Shown here: positions 1-6,885 of the stretch, piece by piece
Numbering within the stretch: the first letter of the stretch is position 1
Layout: each line of letters begins with the position of its first letter
DNA from: a plasmid
Reading direction: 5' to 3' (one strand)
Sequence record: NZ_CP072259.1
DNA length: 7,143 nt
Notes under the pieces: model-generated
Database searches by the model: none
Told to the model about the DNA's origin: nothing
The model's input: only the letters and a program-made list of their open reading frames with translations
Translations under genes and position numbers: made by a program

Positions 1-1023
1 ATGGCAAGACCAATAAAAACGCAATCAAAGGATATACAGCAGAGCAACTATTTTACAACAGCCAAGTATGACTATACACTGCAAGAAAAAATTATCCTCT
101 ATCGTGTAGCAGAACAAGCATTTGAATATAGGGAAGCTAACAAGGAATGGTTCAAAGAACATGAAGGAGAATATATTGCAAAAGACCATGTTTCTTTCAG
201 GCTACCCATAACGCACTTCATGACCAAAGAACAAAGAGCTGATGGAAGCGGTAAATGCTATGATGATGTAGTGGCTGCCTTCAAGTCTTTAACAAGCAAA
301 AGAATAGAATTTCAGACAAAAGATGCCTTCTCCTTTGGCGCACTTCTGAACTCAGCCGACAGAGAGCCGGGAGAGGGAATAATATATTTTACCGTACATA
401 AGTTTGTATGGCAGTCCGCTTTGGACTTTACCAAAGGATTTACAAAGCTGGATTTGGTTGTAGCTATGGAGTTGAAATCAGCCTACTCCATGCGATTCTA
501 TGAGATAGCTCGAAGATGGAGTGATACCAAAATATGGAAAATCTCTGTAGAAGATTTCAGAGACTTATTTGGGTGCAAGGAGAAATATCCAGCATTTAAC
601 GATATGAAACGATATATTATAGACAATGCCAAAGAAGAACTGGATAGGGTTGCTCCGTGGTCATTCTCTTATGAACAGCACAAAGTGGGAAGAAAGGTTG
701 AGAGTTTTACCTTTTACTTCTATGAGATACCCAAAAACAAAAGGGAAGAAACAGAAAGAAAAGAGCTACTATCAAAGTACCCACAAGCAGTAATCAGACC
801 AGAGGTAAAGGATTGGTTCAAAAACAAGATGGGATTCAATACAGGACAAATCAGAAGTAATGTGCAGCTCATTGATGAACTGCAACGTATCTTCCAAAAC
901 GGCACAATCCCGGAACTGGAGGAAACATTCCAATACATAACAAAACAAGGGTTCAGACCACAGGAAAATATAGGGTGGTTTATTCAGAACCTCAAAAAGA
1001 AGATAGAAAACGCACAACTTTGA
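1..1023 (+). CDS. Plasmid replication initiator protein, Rep_3 (RepB/RepA-like) family
   Basis: 340-aa ORF with an ATG at position 1. The N-terminal block 'NYFTTAKYDYTLQEKIILYRVAEQ' looks like the conserved Rep_3 initiator N-terminus (a 'kY.ls..E.kl..yl' type motif). Iterons and an A/T-rich stretch sit immediately upstream if the molecule is circular. Composition is about 40% GC, distinct from the cargo region. Confidence 0.75.
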   Translation: MARPIKTQSKDIQQSNYFTTAKYDYTLQEKIILYRVAEQAFEYREANKEWFKEHEGEYIAKDHVSFRLPITHFMTKEQRADGSGKCYDDVVAAFKSLTSKRIEFQTKDAFSFGALLNSADREPGEGIIYFTVHKFVWQSALDFTKGFTKLDLVVAMELKSAYSMRFYEIARRWSDTKIWKISVEDFRDLFGCKEKYPAFNDMKRYIIDNAKEELDRVAPWSFSYEQHKVGRKVESFTFYFYEIPKNKREETERKELLSKYPQAVIRPEVKDWFKNKMGFNTGQIRSNVQLIDELQRIFQNGTIPELEETFQYITKQGFRPQENIGWFIQNLKKKIENAQL

Positions 1024-1025
1024 TT

Positions 1026-1451
1026 ATGTCACACAATCAAAACAATGATATTATGAAACCAACTGACTACATCGAGTGGGATAATCTGAAGAATATCCCT
1101 TTCTTCCTCTGCCAAGTGGTCGAGGACAAAGAAAACAAAGACATTGACATCTATTATTTAGGAAAGCGAGTGTTTCACGATTACGACCATGTGGGGCACT
1201 ATATGCGCTCTGCCATTATACTGTTTCGAAGAATCAAGAACCGCACGGCAGACTGGGTAAACCTTCAGAACCTCTGGACGCTGCGCAACTGTATTCGTGA
1301 GAATTACAATCACGGTATAGGTGTGGATAGTCTGATTTACGGAGAGGACTTTGACGGCGAGAATCCCGAAACACTTACTCCATTGACCAAAAAACGTTTT
1401 GACCTCATAGTAAAGCGAATACAGGAACTTGACAAATACGCAACAATTTAA
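1026..1451 (+). CDS. Hypothetical protein (141 aa) translationally coupled to rep
   Basis: The ORF track starts this frame at a GTG at 975, inside rep. The first ATG is at 1026, 2 nt after the rep stop (tgaTTatg). I see no recognisable family. There is a His/Asp-rich patch, 'FHDYDHVGHY'. GC matches rep at about 42%. Confidence 0.5.
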   Translation: MSHNQNNDIMKPTDYIEWDNLKNIPFFLCQVVEDKENKDIDIYYLGKRVFHDYDHVGHYMRSAIILFRRIKNRTADWVNLQNLWTLRNCIRENYNHGIGVDSLIYGEDFDGENPETLTPLTKKRFDLIVKRIQELDKYATI

Positions 1452-1630
1452 ATTGCATAGACGACTTCTATCAAATACAACAAAAAGGAGAAACTATAAT
1501 GTTAAAACCCAATTATCGAGAACAATATTACTAATAAATTCTTATCTTTGCATGGAATTTAGAACAACAAGTTATGTCGAACTTACAGAGTGCATTAGCA
1601 CGTACTTTTAGAATACGTTCATAGTCTATA

Positions 1631-1656
1631 CTGAGAATCCTTTCTCAGTTTTCTTA
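1631..1656 (+). terminator. Candidate rho-independent terminator or leader hairpin
   Basis: ctgagaa-tcct-ttctcag forms a 7-bp perfect stem with a 4-nt loop, followed by ttttctta. It sits in the 311-bp gap between the rep-operon ORFs and the OMP gene. Confidence 0.35.
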
Positions 1657-1762
1657 TAGCCTTCAATTCTTCTGAGGGCAAATTTTCTATTATCATTTAT
1701 TAATCAAGATTGTGATGCAGGTATTATATCTGTGTCTATATCTCATTTATAAGAAAACAAGT

Positions 1763-4081
1763 ATGGACTTAAATAAAAAACATTTATTATATCTTATCGT
1801 ATTTTTTCTGTTCGGTAACTTGAATGCTTTTGGACAATCAATTAACATTTCAGGAAGGATACTTAGTCAAGGTACACAAGATGCTGTTGAATATGCTAAT
1901 ATTGTTCTATTTAAACAGGATTCTATATTTTTACAAGGAACTACAAGTGATTCTATTGGGAGATTTGAATTTATGAACCTTTCTCCGAATGATTATGTAT
2001 TGTCAGTATCTTGTATGGGTTTTGAGCCTAAAAAGATATTGCTACAAAATCTTGCTGAAACAGTAGAAATAGATGTGTTCTTGAATGAAAGTGCACTGTC
2101 CCTTGGTGAAGTTGTTATTTCAGCTTCATCTACAATAAGCAAAATAAATCAGCGAATCGTTTTTCCGACAAAATTACAACTTAGTCATTCGGCAAACGGA
2201 ATGCAACTATTAAATACAATGATGCTTCCGGGAATAAACATCAATCCGATGGCAAACACGATTTCATCTTCCGACGGTGGAAAAGTCATATTGCAAATCA
2301 ATGACGTAAATGCCACATCGGAAGAGATACTGACTCTGCAACCGCGTCAAATCAGGAGGGTTGAATATTCGGATTATGCAGGAATAAGGTACGGAGAAGC
2401 ATCTAAAATTGTCAATTATATTGTTACAAGGGACGATAAGGGTGGTGTTATTGGTGTGGACTTGATGAACTCCCTGAATATTCTGGCGGGTGGCGATGTG
2501 TTTTTCGCCAAGTTTAATAAAGGCAAGTCGGAATATGCACTGAACTACACCGCTGCTTTTCAGAAAATCAACAGCAATAATCGGACACGTACAGGAAGCT
2601 ATCAATTTGAAAATTCACCTATGTTGCAGAGAGATGAAATCGGGGAAGGCGGAGATTATTCGTATCAGATGCATGATGTCACTTTAGGGTACAACTATCA
2701 ACAAAGCGATTCGACATTCTTCAATGCAAAATTAAAGTATGCTTTGACAAACCATCCGCATAATGACTTTAGAAGTAGCCTGAAAGAAAAAGGTGTAGAT
2801 GTAGGCAGAATATTTGATGGTGTTAGTCAGAAAATCAACACGCCAACAGTAGATTTATATTATGAACTTGGTTTGAAAAATCGGCAAAAAATTTATACTA
2901 ACCTTGTCGGGAGTTATTCTAAAGTTGAAACACATCGTAATTACATAGAATACGACAATATTGATACGCTTTTCAGGGAGCAATTCAATTTGGTTTCCGA
3001 CAAATATTCACTGATTGCAGAAGGTATTTACGAGAAAAGTTTTACTCATGGTAGTTTGAAACTTGGAGCAAAGCACATTCAATCGTTTACTCAACAAGAA
3101 GTTCGACAAAATGGAACTTTCGAGTCGAATTTGAATCAAGCTGAATCTTCCGTCTTTACAGAATGGAATCACAGTAAAGATAATCTCAGCTATTCTCTGG
3201 GGCTTAGAGTTAATCGGGTACACCTATCCAATAGCTCAATCGATAAGAGTTATTATAATCTTCTGCCAAAAGCCATGTTTGGATACAGGCTAAGTGAAAA
3301 TTCTTTTATTCGTTACGATGTGGAGATGAGTCAAACAAACCCGACTTTGATTGAATTAACCGATACGGAAATTAGACTTGACCCTTATCTTGCCGAAAAA
3401 GGAAACTTGTCATTGAAACCTTATCGCAACCTGAACAACAACCTTTTTTACGAAAACAAAAAAGGCTTGTTTACGCTCAATGTAAACCTACGACATCATT
3501 ATAAGCACAACCCTATCATGGAGTCAATAAAGCGACAAGGTGACATCTTCCTTATAATACCTGAAAATATGAAAAGTTGGAGCAAGTATAATGCAGAAAT
3601 GACCTTAAAGTTGGGCATGATAAAGAACATCTTACAGTTTTCGCTTACAGGCGGATACAATCATTTCAGCAGTCAAGGAAACAACTATTCGCATACACAC
3701 TCTAATTTTTATTATAGCGCAAATGTGTTGGCAATGTATAAAAAATGGATGTTTATCGGTCAGATACAGCCGTTTGAAGAAATGTTATATGGTGAAACCG
3801 TTATTAAGAACGGCAATTACCACTACTTAGCCGTTCAATACAATGCAAATAGTTTTTCGTTCGGCATAGGTGCATTCAATCCTTTTAAGAATGTTTCCCG
3901 AAGTATAATGGAAAACAAGAATGCTCTAGCTCCTTTTAGAAGAGAGAGTTTTAGTAATGCTTCTCAGACTATTGTAGCTACTCTTACGTGGAATTTCAGC
4001 TTTGGAAAAACTCATAGCTCAAGCAGTAAATCTCTGAATAATCAGGACGCTGATTATGGTGTGAAAAGTAGTTATAAATAG
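1763..4081 (+). CDS. Outer-membrane beta-barrel protein with N-terminal carboxypeptidase-regulatory-like domain (TonB-dependent-receptor-like / OMP_b-brl_3 type)
   Basis: The ORF track starts at a GTG at 1712. The ATG at 1763 gives a textbook signal peptide: MDLNKKHLLYLIVFFLFGNLNAFG|Q. The next ~85 aa ('INISGRILSQGTQDAVEYANIVLFKQDS...GRFEFMNLSPNDYVLSVSCMGFEPKK') match the CarboxypepD_reg-like fold that heads SusC/TonB-receptor-like and OMP_b-brl_3 proteins in Bacteroidota. The remaining ~680 aa are rich in alternating aromatic/polar residues (Y, N, S, G, F) typical of a large beta-barrel. GC is about 32%. Confidence 0.75.
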   Translation: MDLNKKHLLYLIVFFLFGNLNAFGQSINISGRILSQGTQDAVEYANIVLFKQDSIFLQGTTSDSIGRFEFMNLSPNDYVLSVSCMGFEPKKILLQNLAETVEIDVFLNESALSLGEVVISASSTISKINQRIVFPTKLQLSHSANGMQLLNTMMLPGININPMANTISSSDGGKVILQINDVNATSEEILTLQPRQIRRVEYSDYAGIRYGEASKIVNYIVTRDDKGGVIGVDLMNSLNILAGGDVFFAKFNKGKSEYALNYTAAFQKINSNNRTRTGSYQFENSPMLQRDEIGEGGDYSYQMHDVTLGYNYQQSDSTFFNAKLKYALTNHPHNDFRSSLKEKGVDVGRIFDGVSQKINTPTVDLYYELGLKNRQKIYTNLVGSYSKVETHRNYIEYDNIDTLFREQFNLVSDKYSLIAEGIYEKSFTHGSLKLGAKHIQSFTQQEVRQNGTFESNLNQAESSVFTEWNHSKDNLSYSLGLRVNRVHLSNSSIDKSYYNLLPKAMFGYRLSENSFIRYDVEMSQTNPTLIELTDTEIRLDPYLAEKGNLSLKPYRNLNNNLFYENKKGLFTLNVNLRHHYKHNPIMESIKRQGDIFLIIPENMKSWSKYNAEMTLKLGMIKNILQFSLTGGYNHFSSQGNNYSHTHSNFYYSANVLAMYKKWMFIGQIQPFEEMLYGETVIKNGNYHYLAVQYNANSFSFGIGAFNPFKNVSRSIMENKNALAPFRRESFSNASQTIVATLTWNFSFGKTHSSSSKSLNNQDADYGVKSSYK

Positions 4082-4089
4082 AGTCTGTT

Positions 4090-4308
4090 ATGAATAAAAA
4101 CAGTTTGGAATTATTCAGTTTATTATCTGAAAATTCACATGTTACAGACGAACAAATGCAAAATGCCTATAAGTCTTTTGTAGAACAGATAACAACAATC
4201 AGTCAATCTCAACAAAGCTATCCTGAAGTATTTCGGATGCTAAATAGAACTCGTATTGAGCTTGATTCTTTGGAATCATCATCTCTTTACGAGTTGGAAA
4301 AAAAATAA
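4090..4308 (+). CDS. Small acidic hypothetical protein (72 aa), operonic with OMP gene
   Basis: The ATG is 8 nt after the OMP stop and the gene shares the same low GC. There is no signal peptide or TM segment. The protein is rich in Q/E/S. I see no recognisable family. Confidence 0.45.
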   Translation: MNKNSLELFSLLSENSHVTDEQMQNAYKSFVEQITTISQSQQSYPEVFRMLNRTRIELDSLESSSLYELEKK

Positions 4309-4309
4309 G

Positions 4310-4765
4310 CTAAGAATCTCTGCTTTGGGGATTATTTTCTTTTTGATAATATTCATAATACATCTTATAGTTATCCCTATCTTTTGCTGCATCCACCCAT
4401 AAGTAGCACATCAGACAAGCAAACAACAGGGAGAAAACGGCACAAAGTATAGTCCAAAGTGAAATACGTTTGTCCACATAGCCACCATTCTTCATCCGGT
4501 AGCTCTGCTTCTCGAAACCCGACAAGACACTTTTTAGACTGTTTTCGGCATTTTCAAGACTTTTCTCATCTATCTGTACTTTTCTCTGTGTTGCGTCCTC
4601 TATGCGCTTTGTAAAGGCTTCTATGCGCTTTATCTCCTGAAATATCAGTTCAACCGCAAGCTGCGGGTTCACTTTCGGTGCTGTGTCCTTTCTGCGTGGG
4701 CTGTACTGCCCCCTTTTGGTGTTAGAGGTGGAGACCTCCTTTTCCTGATATGATGTCTTTTCCAT
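4310..4765 (-). CDS. Hypothetical membrane protein (151 aa), distal gene of mobilization operon
   Basis: ATG at 4763-4765 (minus strand), overlapping the relaxase 3' end by 44 nt. The N-terminal half is charged and looks coiled-coil ('KRIEAFTKRIEDATQRKVQIDEKSLENAE'). It has one strong TM helix ('LWTILCAVFSLLFACLMCYLWV'). The C-terminal ~20 codons are AT-rich. Confidence 0.5.
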   Translation of the reverse strand: MEKTSYQEKEVSTSNTKRGQYSPRRKDTAPKVNPQLAVELIFQEIKRIEAFTKRIEDATQRKVQIDEKSLENAENSLKSVLSGFEKQSYRMKNGGYVDKRISLWTILCAVFSLLFACLMCYLWVDAAKDRDNYKMYYEYYQKENNPQSRDS

Positions 4766-5516
4766 AACTCTGTCCTAATGTCTGTCTGTGTAACTTGAAA
4801 TGGGTTTTCTCTATGTGTGCGAGGGTGTAGTTCTTGCCTATCTCACTGGCTTTGTACTCCGTTCCGGACTTTGCCTTGACATAGTATCCGTTCAGCTTCC
4901 CAGTACTGGCTCTGGCTTCACGGATAGGATATCCAGCTTTCTCCATTTCCTCCTTGAAACTGCCGAAGTCGAACCTCTCGAGCTTCTGAAGAACTGCGTC
5001 CATGCCGGACTTGATGTCCTGTCTGTTTGCCTTGCCTATATCCTGAGCCTGTACGAGATTCCTCTCCCTCGCCATGCCGTTGGCTGCTTCGGTCGCCCTC
5101 TTGCCTATCCAGTTGTCCCGGTAAAGCTCGCCGGACATGGAAACCCGGTTTGCCAATATATGGAGGTGTGCCTGGTTCTTCCGGCTCTCCGTTCCTGAAT
5201 GCCTTATCACCACATACTGGTGGTTCTGCAACCCCATGCGTGTAAGGAAGTCGTCTGCTAGCTTCCTCCAGTCCTCACTGGTGTATTGTGCGCTTTCCTC
5301 AATGCTCGGACTTACCTCAAAGCGGAGGCAGTTGTTCCTCACGTTGGGGAAATCGGCAAAATACGGCTTCATCTCCTGAACCATGTCCGCACCTGTTGTG
5401 CCGTAAAGTCCGTTCCGGCACACTTCGGTGGCTGCGTCCTTTCCGGCTATCTGCTTGGAGAGGTCGTACTCCAGTGCTGCAGTACCGTGTGAAATGCTTT
5501 TTCCTTTGGCTATCAT
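4722..5516 (-). CDS. Mobilization relaxase (Relaxase/Mobilisation nuclease domain, MobA/VirD2-like)
   Basis: The N-terminus 'MIAKGKSISHG..ALEYDL' is the characteristic relaxase start. A His-rich motif 'HSGTESRKNQAHLHILANRV' is consistent with the HxH metal-binding site of MOB relaxases. Its ATG overlaps the upstream gene's stop (ATGA at 5513-5516). Confidence 0.8.
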   Translation of the reverse strand: MIAKGKSISHGTAALEYDLSKQIAGKDAATEVCRNGLYGTTGADMVQEMKPYFADFPNVRNNCLRFEVSPSIEESAQYTSEDWRKLADDFLTRMGLQNHQYVVIRHSGTESRKNQAHLHILANRVSMSGELYRDNWIGKRATEAANGMARERNLVQAQDIGKANRQDIKSGMDAVLQKLERFDFGSFKEEMEKAGYPIREARASTGKLNGYYVKAKSGTEYKASEIGKNYTLAHIEKTHFKLHRQTLGQSYGKDIISGKGGLHL

Positions 5517-5809
5517 CGCAAGAGCTTTTTAAGTTTTTCAATTATAACCCGGTTCTCCTCGAACACCTCCCTGTACTGGCGACCGCCGAAGTAGTTGTTC
5601 AGCCTTTGGAGGTCGCCCCTTATCTTGGCTATGTCACGAAGGAGAGCCTTTTCCTCCTCACTATACCTCTCCTTCGGCTGACCGCCAAGTGAAAGGCTTC
5701 TACAGTACTCCGAAGTGGTAAGACCGCATCGGAGAGCCTGTTCCGCAAGTGCAGCCTTCTCAAGTACCGTACAGCGGAATGTTATCTTTTCAGTGCGTTT
5801 TACTTCCAT
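5513..5809 (-). CDS. MobC-family (ribbon-helix-helix) mobilization accessory protein
   Basis: The ORF track starts at a GTG at 5914, but the upstream extension has non-protein-like composition. The ATG at 5807-5809 gives a 98-aa protein, 'MEVKRTEKITFRCTVLEKAALAEQALRCGLTTSEYCR...'. This matches the 'bacterial mobilisation protein MobC' pattern (R..r.t..E...l...A...G.s.SeyiR). Its stop overlaps the relaxase start. Confidence 0.7.
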   Translation of the reverse strand: MEVKRTEKITFRCTVLEKAALAEQALRCGLTTSEYCRSLSLGGQPKERYSEEEKALLRDIAKIRGDLQRLNNYFGGRQYREVFEENRVIIEKLKKLLR

Positions 5810-6118
5810 GCCGGCTAAGATAGGCAAAAAAATCCTTTTGAGCAAAGCGAGAAAGGCAAGAAATGTCCGACACGGACACTTCTTGCTATGTAAACACGCT
5901 GCATAGGAATACACCCACGCTTACCGACTGCACAGCCCACACACTTTTTTCCCTTTTTCCCCATGCTTCATACCAACGGAACACGGAGATAAAGTCAAGG
6001 GTACGGACTGAAAAAACCGCACAGCGAAGCTGCTCAGGATTTTTTCGGATCCGGACTTGCGAAGCCCTTGACTTTGGCGGAGTGTGGAGTTACCTTTGCA
6101 TCGGGTAAACGGGAAAAA
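5810..6118 (-). promoter_or_regulatory. Putative oriT / mob promoter region
   Basis: Non-coding gap upstream of the mobA-like gene. It contains a perfect 15-bp palindrome, tgtccgacacggaca (5864-5878). It also has an 11-bp perfect inverted repeat aaagtcaaggg / cccttgacttt (5991-6001 and 6065-6075), about 63 bp apart. A 'cggac' motif recurs four times (5867-5871 on the complementary strand; 5873-5877, 6004-6008 and 6052-6056 on the plus strand). Being upstream of the relaxase operon is the canonical oriT location in Bacteroides mobilizable elements. Confidence 0.4.
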
Positions 6119-6460
6119 TCAAAGTATATCCAGTTCTGCTATCATCTTCTTTAGAACTGGCACACTTACGGTAGAGTAGTCCGACTTGTCATAGACATCA
6201 ACGAGATACACACGACCTTCACTTTCGGAAGAACATATCGTAAACGTGATGACACGTGCGCCCCCTGACTTGCCTTTTCCTTTGGAGACTATGGCAAGGC
6301 GGATTTTACGCAAACCGGGACTAAGTTCAGTGCCTATTTTCGGGTCTTTGGCTAAATCTTCGACAAGCTCCTTTAAATCGGACTTGAAAGACTTGTACCT
6401 TTTCGCAAGGATTTTCGCTTCCCTCTCAAAATGCGGAGTGGTCTTTACTTCAAAGCTCAT
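6119..6460 (-). CDS. Type II toxin, RelE/ParE superfamily
   Basis: The ATG at 6458-6460 gives a 113-aa protein, 'MSFEVKTTPHFEREAKILAKRYKSFKSDLKELVEDL...'. It carries the 'KGKGKSGGARVI' motif typical of the RelE/ParE-fold 'GKSGGyRvI' toxin group. Its start overlaps the end of the upstream antitoxin by 11 nt. The track's longer TTG-start version (6505) is unlikely. Confidence 0.7.
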   Translation of the reverse strand: MSFEVKTTPHFEREAKILAKRYKSFKSDLKELVEDLAKDPKIGTELSPGLRKIRLAIVSKGKGKSGGARVITFTICSSESEGRVYLVDVYDKSDYSTVSVPVLKKMIAELDIL

Positions 6461-6683
6461 CGAGGAATGCGTTTGCGTTCTTGCCCGGAATTTCGCCGGA
6501 TTCAATTCGTTTTACATCATTCAACCCCTCTTTGATACGGGTTGCGATTTTCTCCTCCGCTGATACAGGAACCAGTTTGAAATCTCCGAGACGAGAGGTC
6601 AGGAATACGGATTCCCCCTGTATGGCACGGAGAAGGGTTGCGGTCTGATTTGTTCTAAACTTGCTTAATGAAACTACTTGCAT
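6450..6683 (-). CDS. Type II antitoxin, Phd/YefM family
   Basis: 77 aa, 'MQVVSLSKFRTNQTATLLRAIQGESVFLTSRLGDFKLVPVSAEE...'. This matches the Phd/YefM N-terminal pattern (M..vs.sefR.n....d.v..gepv.itrrG..v.vlvs.eey). It sits immediately upstream of the toxin in the same orientation. Confidence 0.7.
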   Translation of the reverse strand: MQVVSLSKFRTNQTATLLRAIQGESVFLTSRLGDFKLVPVSAEEKIATRIKEGLNDVKRIESGEIPGKNANAFLDEL

Positions 6684-6699
6684 ATCTATTCATTTTTTA

Positions 6700-6745
6700 A
6701 TTGTGTTACAAATGTAACCAAAGTTACTGATATTGTAACCAAATT
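6700..6745 (-). promoter_or_regulatory. TA-operon promoter with palindromic operator
   Basis: On the minus strand, TAcaTTTG (complement of 6709-6716) matches the Bacteroides sigma-A -7 consensus TAnnTTTG. It lies about 26-33 nt upstream of the antitoxin ATG. A TTTG about 20 nt further upstream (complement of ~6739-6744) could be the -33 element. The -7 box lies within the palindrome gttac-aaat-gtaac (6706-6719), where it overlaps the right arm. A direct repeat tgtaaccaaa x2 follows at 6714-6723 and 6734-6743. Confidence 0.4.
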
Positions 6746-6885
6746 AAGTTTCTTTAACACGCGGGAAAGTTCGTTCCAAACTTTAACCTCTAACCTTCCC
6801 CAAACCAGTCTTTTTTTCTTCCCTATTGTTTTTCCGAAAGTATGTTTTTGGGCAGTTTTTGAGTCACTTCGAGACTAAAATTCTG

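Noticed and set aside
720-1017. Minus-strand ORFs (720-938, 772-1017) inside rep
   Set aside because: Antisense to the Rep_3 initiator gene, with low-complexity translations. These are chance ORFs.
1429-1611. 60-aa ORF in the rep-OMP intergenic region
   Set aside because: It overlaps the end of the 141-aa ORF in AT-rich DNA, and the translation is not protein-like.
2264-3223. Minus-strand ORFs (2264-2605, 3008-3223) inside the OMP gene
   Set aside because: Antisense to a gene with a clear signal peptide and domain structure, and no independent support.
4800-5692. Several plus-strand ORFs (4800-5198, 5027-5245, 5137-5379, 5286-5492, 5288-5692) antisense to the relaxase/MobC genes
   Set aside because: They lie entirely inside well-supported minus-strand genes in a high-GC stretch where stop codons are rare by chance. 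The translations are Cys/Pro/Arg-rich and not protein-like.
6011-6047. Short hairpin cagc-gaa-gctg followed by a T6 run on the minus strand, as a possible TA-operon terminator
   Set aside because: The stem is only 4 bp. This is too weak to call a terminator, and the region is more parsimoniously part of oriT.
5715-6108. ORFs 5715-5906 (+) and 5863-6108 (+) in the mob upstream region
   Set aside because: Non-ATG or weakly supported starts inside the repeat-rich putative oriT. There is also a Cys-rich N-terminal extension of mobA. A regulatory-DNA interpretation fits better.
6246-6563. 105-aa plus-strand ORF antisense to the toxin gene
   Set aside because: Fully contained within the TA genes on the opposite strand. 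The TA assignment is supported by motifs.
6678-6878. 66-aa plus-strand ORF divergent from the antitoxin
   Set aside because: It starts at a TTG that overlaps the antitoxin ATG. It lies in AT-rich promoter/operator DNA, and the translation is a low-complexity F/T/S-rich string.
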